From an uncultured Planctomycetia bacterium (lineage in GTDB: Bacteria; Omnitrophota; Gorgyraeia; Tantalellales; Tantalellaceae), in the NCBI GenBank assembly GCA_964527765.1, contig CAZGQR010000008.1, positions 14,264 through 78,263 on the forward strand: 64,000 nucleotides of DNA. The letters are read 5' to 3'. The notes under the pieces were generated by a model, which did not search any database, was not told where the DNA came from, and saw only the letters and a program-made list of their open reading frames with translations. Below are positions 47,779 through 56,934 of this stretch, in pieces. Numbering within the stretch: position 1 is the stretch's first letter; every line of letters begins with the position of its first letter. A program made the translations under genes and the position numbers.

Positions 47779-48609
47779 TTACAATCTCTCCGGTATTTTG
47801 GTTTTCGCGAGATAAAACACCCGCCAGGAAACAAAAAACAACAAAAATGATAATACAGATACGATAAAAAAGTCGATGGGCTCTTTAATATGCCCGTATA
47901 CGATCAGGTCCCTGGGAGCGGTTATCAGCGGGGACAAGGGATTTAATTTGAAAAAAACACTTTTTCCGGCGGATATAGGATACAGCACCGGGGTTAAAAA
48001 CATCAGAAATGTCGTAAGCAGCGACACTATATTCACGGTATCCCTCAGAACGCCGTTGACCAGGGACAAGATCAGGGATAACCCCAGTGTCAGGATCAGA
48101 ACAGGTATAAGCGCCAGGGGGAAAAATATGATGCCCCATGAAGGCACGAACTTGAATACAAAAAAGAATACTATGATCAAGCCGAATTTTATTAAAAATT
48201 CGAATATCGATTGGGCCACCGACGAAAACACTAAAGCCTCCAACGGAAAATTGATCTTGGAGATCATGCCGCCGGCAGATACGATGCTGTTGCAGCCGGA
48301 AATGATGCCCGTTGAAAACAATTGCCATACGGCAAGACCTATCAACGCAAACAAGGGATACGGGATGCCCGTAGAAGCAATGTTCAAAATCCCGGCTTTA
48401 TTCAGGAACATGAACGTTCCTATGGCGACAAAAGGCATTATCAATGCCCATAAATACCCCAAGGCCGCCTGTTTGTATCTCGCTGACCAATTCCGTATAA
48501 AAAGCCGCCAGATAAGTTCCCTGCTTTGAACAAGCTCTTTAAACATCTTGGGCCAGATCCTGATACCGAGCTTCAGGTACCTGTCAGGTTCATAAACGAT
48601 ATAATCCAT
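47779..48609 (-). CDS. wzm: Polysaccharide ABC transporter permease
   Basis: RYKQAALGYLW, KINFP, FLTPVLYP, LNPL. Confidence 0.94.
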   Translation of the reverse strand: MDYIVYEPDRYLKLGIRIWPKMFKELVQSRELIWRLFIRNWSARYKQAALGYLWALIMPFVAIGTFMFLNKAGILNIASTGIPYPLFALIGLAVWQLFSTGIISGCNSIVSAGGMISKINFPLEALVFSSVAQSIFEFLIKFGLIIVFFFVFKFVPSWGIIFFPLALIPVLILTLGLSLILSLVNGVLRDTVNIVSLLTTFLMFLTPVLYPISAGKSVFFKLNPLSPLITAPRDLIVYGHIKEPIDFFIVSVLSFLLFFVSWRVFYLAKTKIPERL

Positions 48610-48624
48610 ATTCCGGTGCCCCTC

Positions 48625-49920
48625 CTATCGCATTCTGCGCTCCTTTATCGCTGCTTTTCCTGTCTCTATATCAACGAGTTTTATGACGATCGCCGTAAAG
48701 AACCAGAAGGGTTCCGCTATCCTTATGATGACAAAAGTATTAGACCCTATGGCATGGAATAACAGCCCGGCAAACCCGGCTATGTACCCCAGGGTCAACC
48801 CCTTGAACTCGGGCTTCTCCACCGTATAATACGTATGATACGCGGTTCTCCATATCCTCCACATGATCCATAAAAATAAAAATAGACCTATAAAACCGGT
48901 TTCCCCTAAAGCCAGAATATATTGACTGTCCAGAAACCCTATTCCGGTCACGCCGCCGCCAAAAAAAGGCTTTCTCGGAACCTTTGTCGTCAAAACACGA
49001 TGCCACGATTCCACCCTTGCCGCGGGCGAAGGGCCGAGAGCGACGGGACCCACTCGCTTAAGGGCCTGGGCCTCTTCCGGCTGGAAGGTTCCCAGCACCC
49101 TGTCTTTTAACACCTGTGGCCCAAAAGCGACCGCCAGGACAAATGCCAAAGCCAGGATCGAGATACCGGCTATGACTTTCCTGCTCTTTGAAATCGCCGT
49201 AAATGCGACCAGCGACGCAAACATGCCGAGATAAGAAGCCCGGGAGAGCGTGAACAAAAATGTCGGTATCAGGAAAAGGAATACCAGGATCAGAATGTGG
49301 CGTCTTTTACCGTAACAATAGATCAACCCTCCCAGTATCGATAATATGAAAAGAATATAACCCCCGAGGGTATTCGGCTCCCCTTCGCCCTCAAAGGGGG
49401 CGGATATCCGCTCGACCGCCCCGATATGGGTGTTGCCGTATATCCCCACCACGATGCTTGTCAGAAAAAGCACGGTCAGGAACATCTTCACCTGTTTTTC
49501 AGTGGTGGTCTGGTTGAGAACTATGAAAAACAGGACAAAATATTCAACAAGTTTCAAGACATAGAACGTGCCTTTTACGGGCGTAATGTCACCGGCGGCC
49601 ATTCCGCGTATGGTGGAGAAAGCCATAACAGCGATATAAAGGCCGATGGGAACATTCAGCGGACTTTGTCTTATCAGGGGAGCCTTTCTTACGGCCATCC
49701 TGGCCAGCCATGTGATCGAAACTATGATCAAAAGCAGGTCCTCGGCCCTGACAACAATGGCACGATCGGCTGCAGCTCCCGCTTCCAGCTCCGGAGAAAG
49801 CAGCATCGATAACAGAATAGCAATAAGCCCGATGTTCGTATTGATGAATGTCGCGATCGCAAAGATAATAGCGGCAATTATTATAACAGCTCTGGGGATA
49901 TCCGGCGTTCCGGCTATCAA
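48625..49920 (-). CDS. O-antigen ligase/polymerase-like (Wzy_C) membrane protein; frame stays open upstream to an SD-preceded ATC at 50007
   Basis: Multi-TM; EPNTLGGY, TLSRASYLG, R...W, PFFG.G, DSQY...L.ETG.IG. Confidence 0.85.
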   Translation of the reverse strand: MIAGTPDIPRAVIIIAAIIFAIATFINTNIGLIAILLSMLLSPELEAGAAADRAIVVRAEDLLLIIVSITWLARMAVRKAPLIRQSPLNVPIGLYIAVMAFSTIRGMAAGDITPVKGTFYVLKLVEYFVLFFIVLNQTTTEKQVKMFLTVLFLTSIVVGIYGNTHIGAVERISAPFEGEGEPNTLGGYILFILSILGGLIYCYGKRRHILILVFLFLIPTFLFTLSRASYLGMFASLVAFTAISKSRKVIAGISILALAFVLAVAFGPQVLKDRVLGTFQPEEAQALKRVGPVALGPSPAARVESWHRVLTTKVPRKPFFGGGVTGIGFLDSQYILALGETGFIGLFLFLWIMWRIWRTAYHTYYTVEKPEFKGLTLGYIAGFAGLLFHAIGSNTFVIIRIAEPFWFFTAIVIKLVDIETGKAAIKERRMR

Positions 49921-50037
49921 ACGAGCAGAAATAATGACCGCGAGGAAGGTAAAAAGGACTGTTATGTATATTTTATAATTCGGATTTTGGAAACTGAAAA
50001 AGCTGATGGTGCCCTCCCCCCGCTTCGCGGAAAGGCG

Positions 50038-51972
50038 TTATGTCTTTTTTTCTTCCTGTTCCCCGTAATATTTCTGGTAATAGTAATAAGATGGAGAACC
50101 GAACCTCATATCCGAAGCCCTCATGCTGTTCAGGACAACACCGATAGGCTTACCTTTAGCGTTTTCTATTTGCAGCTTGCATCTCCGAAGAGCAAGCCGT
50201 GAAGTGCGCCCCGCCTTATAGACTATGATAATACCGTCCATTTTGGATCCCAGTATGGTTGAATCGGGTACAGGCAGAACCGGCGCCGAATCAAATAAGA
50301 CGACCTGAAACCCGGCTTTTACTTCCTTGATGAATTCCGACATGCTCTCTGAGCCAAGCACCTCGGACGGATTAGCCGGCAGATGCCCGGCCGTTATAAT
50401 ATGCAGGTTCTCTATGCCCGGCGTTTTCATGAGCACGCTTGATTTGATGTTACCCATCATCATATCATTGATAGACTTGATTACATCGTCCAGCTTGAAA
50501 GTCCCGAGCACGATCTCTGTCAGCCCCATCTCTCTCCCTATGCCGAAAACCTCGTGCACGGCAGGCCTCCTAAGGTCTGCATCGACAAGCAGCACTTTAT
50601 ACCCCATCTGAGCCATGCTGAGAGCAGAGTTAACAGCGGTTATTGTCTTTCCTTCCTGGATACCTGCGCTTGTGAACATGAGACAATTACCCACTTTATT
50701 TAAGCCGGAAAATTTTATGTAAGTCTGGAGATTTTTATATGCCTCCGCCATGGAAGATTTGGGCTGATAAAGCACTACCAGGCGCCTCATTATCTCTGCG
50801 TATCTTTTCTCTTCTTCGGGCGGAAGCGGTTTTTTCCAATAGTCTGCCTGCTCCTTCTTGTCTATCTCGATCTGAGGAATAACGCCGAGTACCGGTACTT
50901 CGAGGTATTCCTCGACATCCTCGATCGTCCCGATGGAGGTATCCAGGCTCTCGACGACGAACGCCGCTACAAGCCCAAGAACAAGCCCAATAGCGGCTGC
51001 CAGAAGAACGTTAGAGCCTCTCTGCGCGTTAACCGGGGACTTTGGCACAACGGCAGGATTTACAATTTGTGTGTCTTTGGCTTTTGACGCTTCCATGATC
51101 AGGGCTTTTTCATACCGTTCTTTCAGGAGAGCATACAATTTCTTATTTATCTCAAGTTCGTTTTCAAGATCATCCACGTTGAGAGTCTCTACATCAAGTT
51201 CGCCTTCCTCGGGAGGAGATTGCTTCAAATGTTTCTTAATGTTCCTTATTTCGGCCAGCCTGTTGATGATCCCCGGATAATTGTCAGTATAACGTTCCCG
51301 AAGGTTGCTGAGTTCAAGCTCTAATTGTGCCAGTCGCACTCTCAAATCGACCTCGCCGGCGGGCATCTTACCGCCCGTCGAATCGACCCCCAGGCTTTTT
51401 AATTTTTTTCTTATGTCGGCAATCGTCTGCGACATTTTTCTAAGCTGCTTCTCCACGAATTCTTTAGTGGCTTTGGCGTCTTTTACCTGCTCATCCCAGC
51501 GTTTCTGCATGAAAACTTCAGCAACGACATCCACGATCTTTTTGGCCCTAAACGGATCAGTATCTATAACGCTTATCGTAACTAACTCGGTAGCAGTCTG
51601 CTCCTCGACCGAAATCTTGCCCCTCAAAGATGCGACAATTGCCTGGACCTTTTCACTATCCATGTCGGGTGTTATATATCCCAGCCGGAGCGCAACATCC
51701 TGCAGGATATTAAAACTGCGGATAAGCTCAAGTTGCGTGGAAAGATCTTCGCCCCCTCCTCCCCAGAATGTCACGCCGGTCCCGGTAACCTCGGCTACGG
51801 GTGTCCTTCGCGTATTTATATATATTGTCACGCTGGCCTTATAGATCGGCACAACTTTCTCAACGAATAAATATGAACTTGCAACGGAAACCAGAAAAAC
51901 GGATATTATGATCCATTTCCGTTTATAGATAATGCGCCAGTAATCCCACAGGTTTAATGCATATTCAGGCAT
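50038..51972 (-). CDS. wzc: Polysaccharide co-polymerase / BY tyrosine kinase
   Basis: Wzz-like N-terminus with two TMs, EGKT, VDADLRRP, FDSAP, C-terminal YYYYQKYY cluster. Confidence 0.95.
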   Translation of the reverse strand: MPEYALNLWDYWRIIYKRKWIIISVFLVSVASSYLFVEKVVPIYKASVTIYINTRRTPVAEVTGTGVTFWGGGGEDLSTQLELIRSFNILQDVALRLGYITPDMDSEKVQAIVASLRGKISVEEQTATELVTISVIDTDPFRAKKIVDVVAEVFMQKRWDEQVKDAKATKEFVEKQLRKMSQTIADIRKKLKSLGVDSTGGKMPAGEVDLRVRLAQLELELSNLRERYTDNYPGIINRLAEIRNIKKHLKQSPPEEGELDVETLNVDDLENELEINKKLYALLKERYEKALIMEASKAKDTQIVNPAVVPKSPVNAQRGSNVLLAAAIGLVLGLVAAFVVESLDTSIGTIEDVEEYLEVPVLGVIPQIEIDKKEQADYWKKPLPPEEEKRYAEIMRRLVVLYQPKSSMAEAYKNLQTYIKFSGLNKVGNCLMFTSAGIQEGKTITAVNSALSMAQMGYKVLLVDADLRRPAVHEVFGIGREMGLTEIVLGTFKLDDVIKSINDMMMGNIKSSVLMKTPGIENLHIITAGHLPANPSEVLGSESMSEFIKEVKAGFQVVLFDSAPVLPVPDSTILGSKMDGIIIVYKAGRTSRLALRRCKLQIENAKGKPIGVVLNSMRASDMRFGSPSYYYYQKYYGEQEEKKT

Positions 51973-52003
51973 GGTTTATGATTCTCATAATATTATGATC
52001 TTT

Positions 52004-52786
52004 TTATTCCCAGAACCCGCGTTTCCTAAAGACATCTTTCCAGTCATATCCACCGTCCACGATATCCCTCTTAAGAGTGACGAGTCTTTCCGCAAAATAG
52101 AGCGACGGGAACACTTTGCCTAATGCGGCATTATAATTCGTTATTTCCGATTCGGGGACATAGACAATATCTCCTTCCATGAGATACACGTTCTGTGAAA
52201 TATCCCCTTGATGGATCAGCCGGGCAAGGTTGATCCTTACCATCTGGGGATCGTCGTATCCACCCCTTATTATGTATGTGCAGGAAGGAGTAGCATCATC
52301 CGTAAACCCGCCGGCCCTTGTGATCAGATCGATGATCCTGTCTTCTTTTTCCAGGCGGTATGTTCCCTGAGCGGGCACTTCCCCCAGGATGAAAACCTTT
52401 TTTTCGCCGAATTTTTTCACTCCGACAGCGATCCGGGGTTCCTTGACATAAAGTGCTATCTTATTGCTTATGGACTCCGCGAGCTCCTTGGGGGTCAATC
52501 CATCCGCTTTGACGTCTCCTACCAACGGCAATGTGATACTCCCGTCCTCCGGCCTTACGGTCACGATGCTGTCCAGCTCCGGACACCTCCATACAACCAC
52601 TTCCAGCTCGTCCCGAACACCTATGATATATTGTCCTCTGGCCGCTATTGAACTTTCGGGAGAATATAAAGAGTACTCCAGCTTTGACTGTGGCGCCGCA
52701 AAACGGCTACACCCCGCAGTACCTGCCAACAATACAGCTGTCAATGCAAGTAATAAAGATTTTTGTAATTTGTTATTTTTGAACAT
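52004..52786 (-). CDS. wza: Polysaccharide export lipoprotein (OPX/Wza family)
   Basis: Lipobox TAGC, VRPEDGSITLPLVG, GLT..EL, SLBB domain, GDIVYVP. Confidence 0.92.
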   Translation of the reverse strand: MFKNNKLQKSLLLALTAVLLAGTAGCSRFAAPQSKLEYSLYSPESSIAARGQYIIGVRDELEVVVWRCPELDSIVTVRPEDGSITLPLVGDVKADGLTPKELAESISNKIALYVKEPRIAVGVKKFGEKKVFILGEVPAQGTYRLEKEDRIIDLITRAGGFTDDATPSCTYIIRGGYDDPQMVRINLARLIHQGDISQNVYLMEGDIVYVPESEITNYNAALGKVFPSLYFAERLVTLKRDIVDGGYDWKDVFRKRGFWE

Positions 52787-52829
52787 CTTCCGCTCCCGCA
52801 TTAAGTTGTAATGATCAAAAATAAAAAAC

Positions 52830-53882
52830 CTAAAGACCCTGCAGTTCTTCCGGATTAACGCACCGTTCCACGTATATCAAAAGTTGCTTTGACAGGTCCA
52901 GTGTACGGCTTTTTTCCAAACGCCTTTTTTCTCTGTCAAAAACAACATCAATAACGGGGCGCATGGGTGTTTTCTCGTTTATCCGCACTACATTGCCGAT
53001 CTCGCCGGAACTTACCTTGACCCATGACCCTGCCGGAAACATCGATATCTGGCGCAGCATGGCCTTCATGAAATGCGGATCATAGGTATTGGCTTCATTA
53101 TCAAGGATCTGTTGCATCGTCTCATCCGGCAGAAAACGCGGCCTCCATAACCGGCTGTGAGTCTGGGCCTCATATCTGTCAACAAGCGATATAAGGCGTG
53201 CCAGGTAATGAATATCGTCCCTTTTTAAATGCCCGGGGTATCCGGTCCCGTCCGACCTCTCGTGATGCTGGCCTATTACCACGGGGACCACTTCCCAAAG
53301 GTCGGTAAAGTTCTTGAATATCTGCTCCCCGTAAAGAGCATGTTTCTGGACTTCCCCATATTCGGCGCTGTTCAATCTGCCGTTCTTATTCCATATGTTT
53401 ATCGGCACCTTCATCATGCCCGTATCGTGGAACAGAGATGCCGCCAGCAACTCAGACAGCCTGTCCCTGGAAAAATTAAGCTTGCAGGCTATATGGAGCG
53501 ACAGAAAACACACGTTGACGGAATGAGTATAAAGGTAATTGTCCTTGTACTCATCTTTCTGAAAAACGAGACGCGCAAGATCATTGGAATCTATAAACTT
53601 GAGAAAATGATCACAGGACGCTTCCGTCCATTTGCGTATGTCTTTGCCGTGGATCTGGGCCTCCTTGCCCTCGGCGACCTTATTCAGGATAGCCGTAACG
53701 AACTCCAGAGCGTTCCCGTAAAAATCCTCAGCCCTGTCCAGATCCGATTTCGATTCCAATTGCTTGGCTTCATCAGCGGTCTTGTCAGCCTGCTTTGATA
53801 AAGACAGATCCGGGGGTTTTTCTTCCCGCCTGCGGGGACCCAGCTTCCCATAACCTTCCAGCCCGTCACTTAATTCCACCAT
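52830..53882 (-). CDS. HD-GYP domain protein (putative cyclic-di-nucleotide phosphodiesterase)
   Basis: HSVNV, FHDTG, HHERSDGTGYP, VD.YEA, R..R. Confidence 0.85.
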   Translation of the reverse strand: MVELSDGLEGYGKLGPRRREEKPPDLSLSKQADKTADEAKQLESKSDLDRAEDFYGNALEFVTAILNKVAEGKEAQIHGKDIRKWTEASCDHFLKFIDSNDLARLVFQKDEYKDNYLYTHSVNVCFLSLHIACKLNFSRDRLSELLAASLFHDTGMMKVPINIWNKNGRLNSAEYGEVQKHALYGEQIFKNFTDLWEVVPVVIGQHHERSDGTGYPGHLKRDDIHYLARLISLVDRYEAQTHSRLWRPRFLPDETMQQILDNEANTYDPHFMKAMLRQISMFPAGSWVKVSSGEIGNVVRINEKTPMRPVIDVVFDREKRRLEKSRTLDLSKQLLIYVERCVNPEELQGL

Positions 53883-53883
53883 G

Positions 53884-54696
53884 TTATATCTCTTCCCCTA
53901 AATCTTTGATAACGTCACGGACTATGTTCTCATCGATCCGATCGGCTCTCTTTATAAACCCCACAAGAAAAGACATATCACAAATATTATTTATCTGCCT
54001 CGGCATTCCGCGGGACGCCTGATATATCATGGTATTTGCCTCCGGGGCAAAGATCTCCCGCTCCGTGCCCGCGATCCTCAGCCTGTGCCGGATATATTTG
54101 GCGGTCTCTTCCCTGTCCAGATGTTTCAGTACATAAAATATCGCGAATCTTTGCTTGAATTGCGGCACAGTGTTTATTATGTCCCGCATCTCAAGCTGCC
54201 CCATCAGGATCAATGTTGCCAGGAACCGGTTCTTGAACTGAAGGTTCATCAAGAGCCTCAATTCTTCCAGAACATCATTACGCGACAAAAGATGCGCTTC
54301 GTCGACGATAACAACAGTATGACGGTTTTCGAACATGACCCTTCGAAAGTTCTCCTCGATGAAATGGCGTAATTCCAGCCGGGAATGTTCCTTCTCTTTT
54401 AGCCCCAGTTGATAAGCTATCTCCTGCAATAACTCGCCCGGATCCAGTAAAGGGTTACTTATGTAAATACTCTGGTAATCTTCGCTCTCTCTGATCTCCA
54501 GCATCAGCTCGTTGGCGATCGTCGTCTTTCCGGTTCCGTAATCACCGGCCAGTAAAGCCCCCGCCTTGTTCTCGCTTATAACATAAGTGAGCCGCACCAG
54601 CGCCTCTTTGTGGCTCGGTGAATAATAAAAAAACCTCGGGTCCCCGGTATTTTCGAACGGTTTCTCGTCCAGATTCCAGTAATCTAAAAAATCCAT
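53884..54696 (-). CDS. ExeA/GspA-family AAA ATPase
   Basis: W.L.EKPF...DP.F, GDYGTGKTT, IVDEAH, LMGQ.E, YIRHRL, G.PR.IN.ICD. Confidence 0.92.
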   Translation of the reverse strand: MDFLDYWNLDEKPFENTGDPRFFYYSPSHKEALVRLTYVISENKAGALLAGDYGTGKTTIANELMLEIRESEDYQSIYISNPLLDPGELLQEIAYQLGLKEKEHSRLELRHFIEENFRRVMFENRHTVVIVDEAHLLSRNDVLEELRLLMNLQFKNRFLATLILMGQLEMRDIINTVPQFKQRFAIFYVLKHLDREETAKYIRHRLRIAGTEREIFAPEANTMIYQASRGMPRQINNICDMSFLVGFIKRADRIDENIVRDVIKDLGEEI

Positions 54697-54733
54697 GATA
54701 TCAGCGAGTCCTTTTCCGAAGATGAATTGTTTT

Positions 54734-55789
54734 CTATTCTTTCAGCCGGTTTTTGAAAAAATGGTTCTTTTCAAGATACCCCCGGCCCGCGATCATAAGC
54801 ACTGCCACTATAACAAGAATAAGACCGCCCTGGAACAGCAGTAATACGGCTTGGAATGTTGTCGCTTTTTTTAATACAAGCGCCCCCAGGGCAAAAACCA
54901 TGCTGACCAGATAGATAAACAGCACTGTCTGGACCTGACTCAATCCCATTCCCATCAGGCGGTGATGCAGGTGATCCCTATCGACATACTCTATCCATTC
55001 CTTGAAAGTTTTTACCTTTCCCCGGGCAATACGCGAAACGGAAATGTAAGTTATATCAAAGATCAGGACGGCAAGGATCAATAGAGGGATGCTGAGCGCC
55101 ACGATGGGCCTGTTCTCGGCCCATTCTCCCATTACCGCCAGAACTGCCAGGCTGAAACCGAGAAAACTGCTCCCGGCGTCACCCAGGAAGATCTTAGCCG
55201 GGTAAAAATTGAACACCAGAAACCCCAGGCACGCGCCTGCCAGAGCGACATTCAAGAACACAAAATACGGCTGTCCCGTCTGATACGCAATAGCAGCGAA
55301 CGTCCCCGATGCGATGAAGGCAAATCCGGCCGCCAGGCCGTCAATACCGTCCATGAAATTCATGGCATTGGTGATCCCCACTATCCAGATAACAGTTATT
55401 ATTACTTCGAGAAAATAGGCAAAAGGGAGTCTATCGGAAATAATGTTAAGATGCATGCCGAACGATATAACCAACAGCGAACAAAGTACCTGTATGACCA
55501 ATCTGGCGCCCGCCGAAAGTTTTTTTACATCATCGATCAGTCCGGAGATCATGATAAAGAACGAAGCTATTATTATCCCTTTGAGCTTCCAGGAAAAATG
55601 AAAATTCAGCAAAAGTGCGATAATATACGCGCTAAAAACCGCCACCCCGCCCAGAAGCGGTACGGGTCTAATGTGCATTTTTCTCTCTGTATCGGGATAA
55701 TCCAGAACGCGGAATTTGTTAGCTATTTTAATGGCTAACCAGGTAAAAACAAGGGACCCAGCAAAAGCAGAAACAAAGATTTTAAGCAT
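54734..55789 (-). CDS. wecA: Undecaprenyl-phosphate GlcNAc-1-phosphate transferase (WecA/TagO, MraY-like)
   Basis: RKMH..PVPLLGG, GLIDD, NAMNFMDGIDGL, IFLGDAGS, DRDHLHHRL. Confidence 0.93.
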   Translation of the reverse strand: MLKIFVSAFAGSLVFTWLAIKIANKFRVLDYPDTERKMHIRPVPLLGGVAVFSAYIIALLLNFHFSWKLKGIIIASFFIMISGLIDDVKKLSAGARLVIQVLCSLLVISFGMHLNIISDRLPFAYFLEVIITVIWIVGITNAMNFMDGIDGLAAGFAFIASGTFAAIAYQTGQPYFVFLNVALAGACLGFLVFNFYPAKIFLGDAGSSFLGFSLAVLAVMGEWAENRPIVALSIPLLILAVLIFDITYISVSRIARGKVKTFKEWIEYVDRDHLHHRLMGMGLSQVQTVLFIYLVSMVFALGALVLKKATTFQAVLLLFQGGLILVIVAVLMIAGRGYLEKNHFFKNRLKE

Positions 55790-55953
55790 GCATGTCCTTT
55801 TCTTCGACTATTCCCTCGAAATAGTCTCCGTCACAGCCTTTATTGCTACGGCTTTATATATTATTGTGCCATAAATTATTGTGTTTTTCTTCACTCTTAA
55901 GTATAAGTATTATGGGAAAAAAAACAAGTTTCCGGTTATTTTTTCTTCCGGAT

Positions 55954-56400
55954 CTATTGATCATTTATACTTTCTTGTTTTTTAACAGGTCCGGATACCC
56001 CCCAGATAATACTTTTTGGCACCTCTATCGGTGCCTCCTCCGTTGGTGTTTCCTCTGCCGGCAGCTCATAAAATATATGATCTTTTATCTCCTTCGTCTT
56101 TACCCCGGCCCCTTTTCCCGTTTCGGGGAGTTTAAATTTGGGAAATACCAGAAACTTGTCCCCTACCATGGGCCCGTATTTGGTATTTTCATAAGGTTCA
56201 CGATATTCTGCGGGAAGAAGAACCTCATACTCTCCATGTCCCTTGGGCATGACTTCGTACCCCCCTCCCAGGTCAATGCCCAGATCTCCGTCCGGGTATT
56301 CCACTATTCCATTACCCCTTTCCCTTGCAAGACCAGGACAGGATATTAAGAACATTGACGCGAATAGCACGAGAAATATGCTCCCTCGCCTTATATCCAT
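55954..56400 (-). CDS. Hypothetical exported protein (possible lipoprotein)
   Basis: N-terminal hydrophobic segment ending LISC; no recognisable domain. Confidence 0.55.
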   Translation of the reverse strand: MDIRRGSIFLVLFASMFLISCPGLARERGNGIVEYPDGDLGIDLGGGYEVMPKGHGEYEVLLPAEYREPYENTKYGPMVGDKFLVFPKFKLPETGKGAGVKTKEIKDHIFYELPAEETPTEEAPIEVPKSIIWGVSGPVKKQESINDQ

Positions 56401-56459
56401 GTGTTACCCCTTTGTTTGCGCTCCTTTTGAAATGTCCCCGGGCCGGAACATCTATTGTC

Positions 56460-56912
56460 TTATAACCTGCCCTGCTTCACTTCACCGTATTCCAGATAGA
56501 ACTTGCCGTTGGACGCGCGGCAGTATTCATAAAAATCATTGCCGAAGATGATAATTTCGGATGCGCCCAAACCCGCTTCGCGCACGGCCGTAATTATCTT
56601 CTGCCCTTTCTTATTTTTAGAAACAAGTAAAGCGGATATTCCCTCGCTGACAAGGGTATTGGTTATTTCATACAGCGCGCCTTCTTCTACCCTGCCTTCC
56701 CGGTTACTCTCAATAACTTTCTCCAATTTAACGGTTCCTTCTGCCTCGTCGATAACATATGTCGCTTCAAGGCCGTCTTCGCCCGGCGTAAACTTTCCAT
56801 CCTCGTATACTCCGCTGGAAACCGGTTTAGCTGTGACCGTCAACGCAAAAACGTCTGTACCGGCAAAACCGGTCATAATCATCAGTGTTAAAATAAAAAT
56901 TATCCTTTTCAT
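56460..56912 (-). CDS. Hypothetical secreted protein
   Basis: Signal peptide MKRIIFILTL...VFA; beta-rich mature part; no recognised family. Confidence 0.65.
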   Translation of the reverse strand: MKRIIFILTLMIMTGFAGTDVFALTVTAKPVSSGVYEDGKFTPGEDGLEATYVIDEAEGTVKLEKVIESNREGRVEEGALYEITNTLVSEGISALLVSKNKKGQKIITAVREAGLGASEIIIFGNDFYEYCRASNGKFYLEYGEVKQGRL

Positions 56913-56934
56913 TATCACACCCCTTTGCCGTTGT

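Noticed and set aside
55850-55875. TGGCAC on the minus strand upstream of wecA as a sigma54 promoter
   Set aside because: The -12 position reads TATA rather than TTGC; insufficient support
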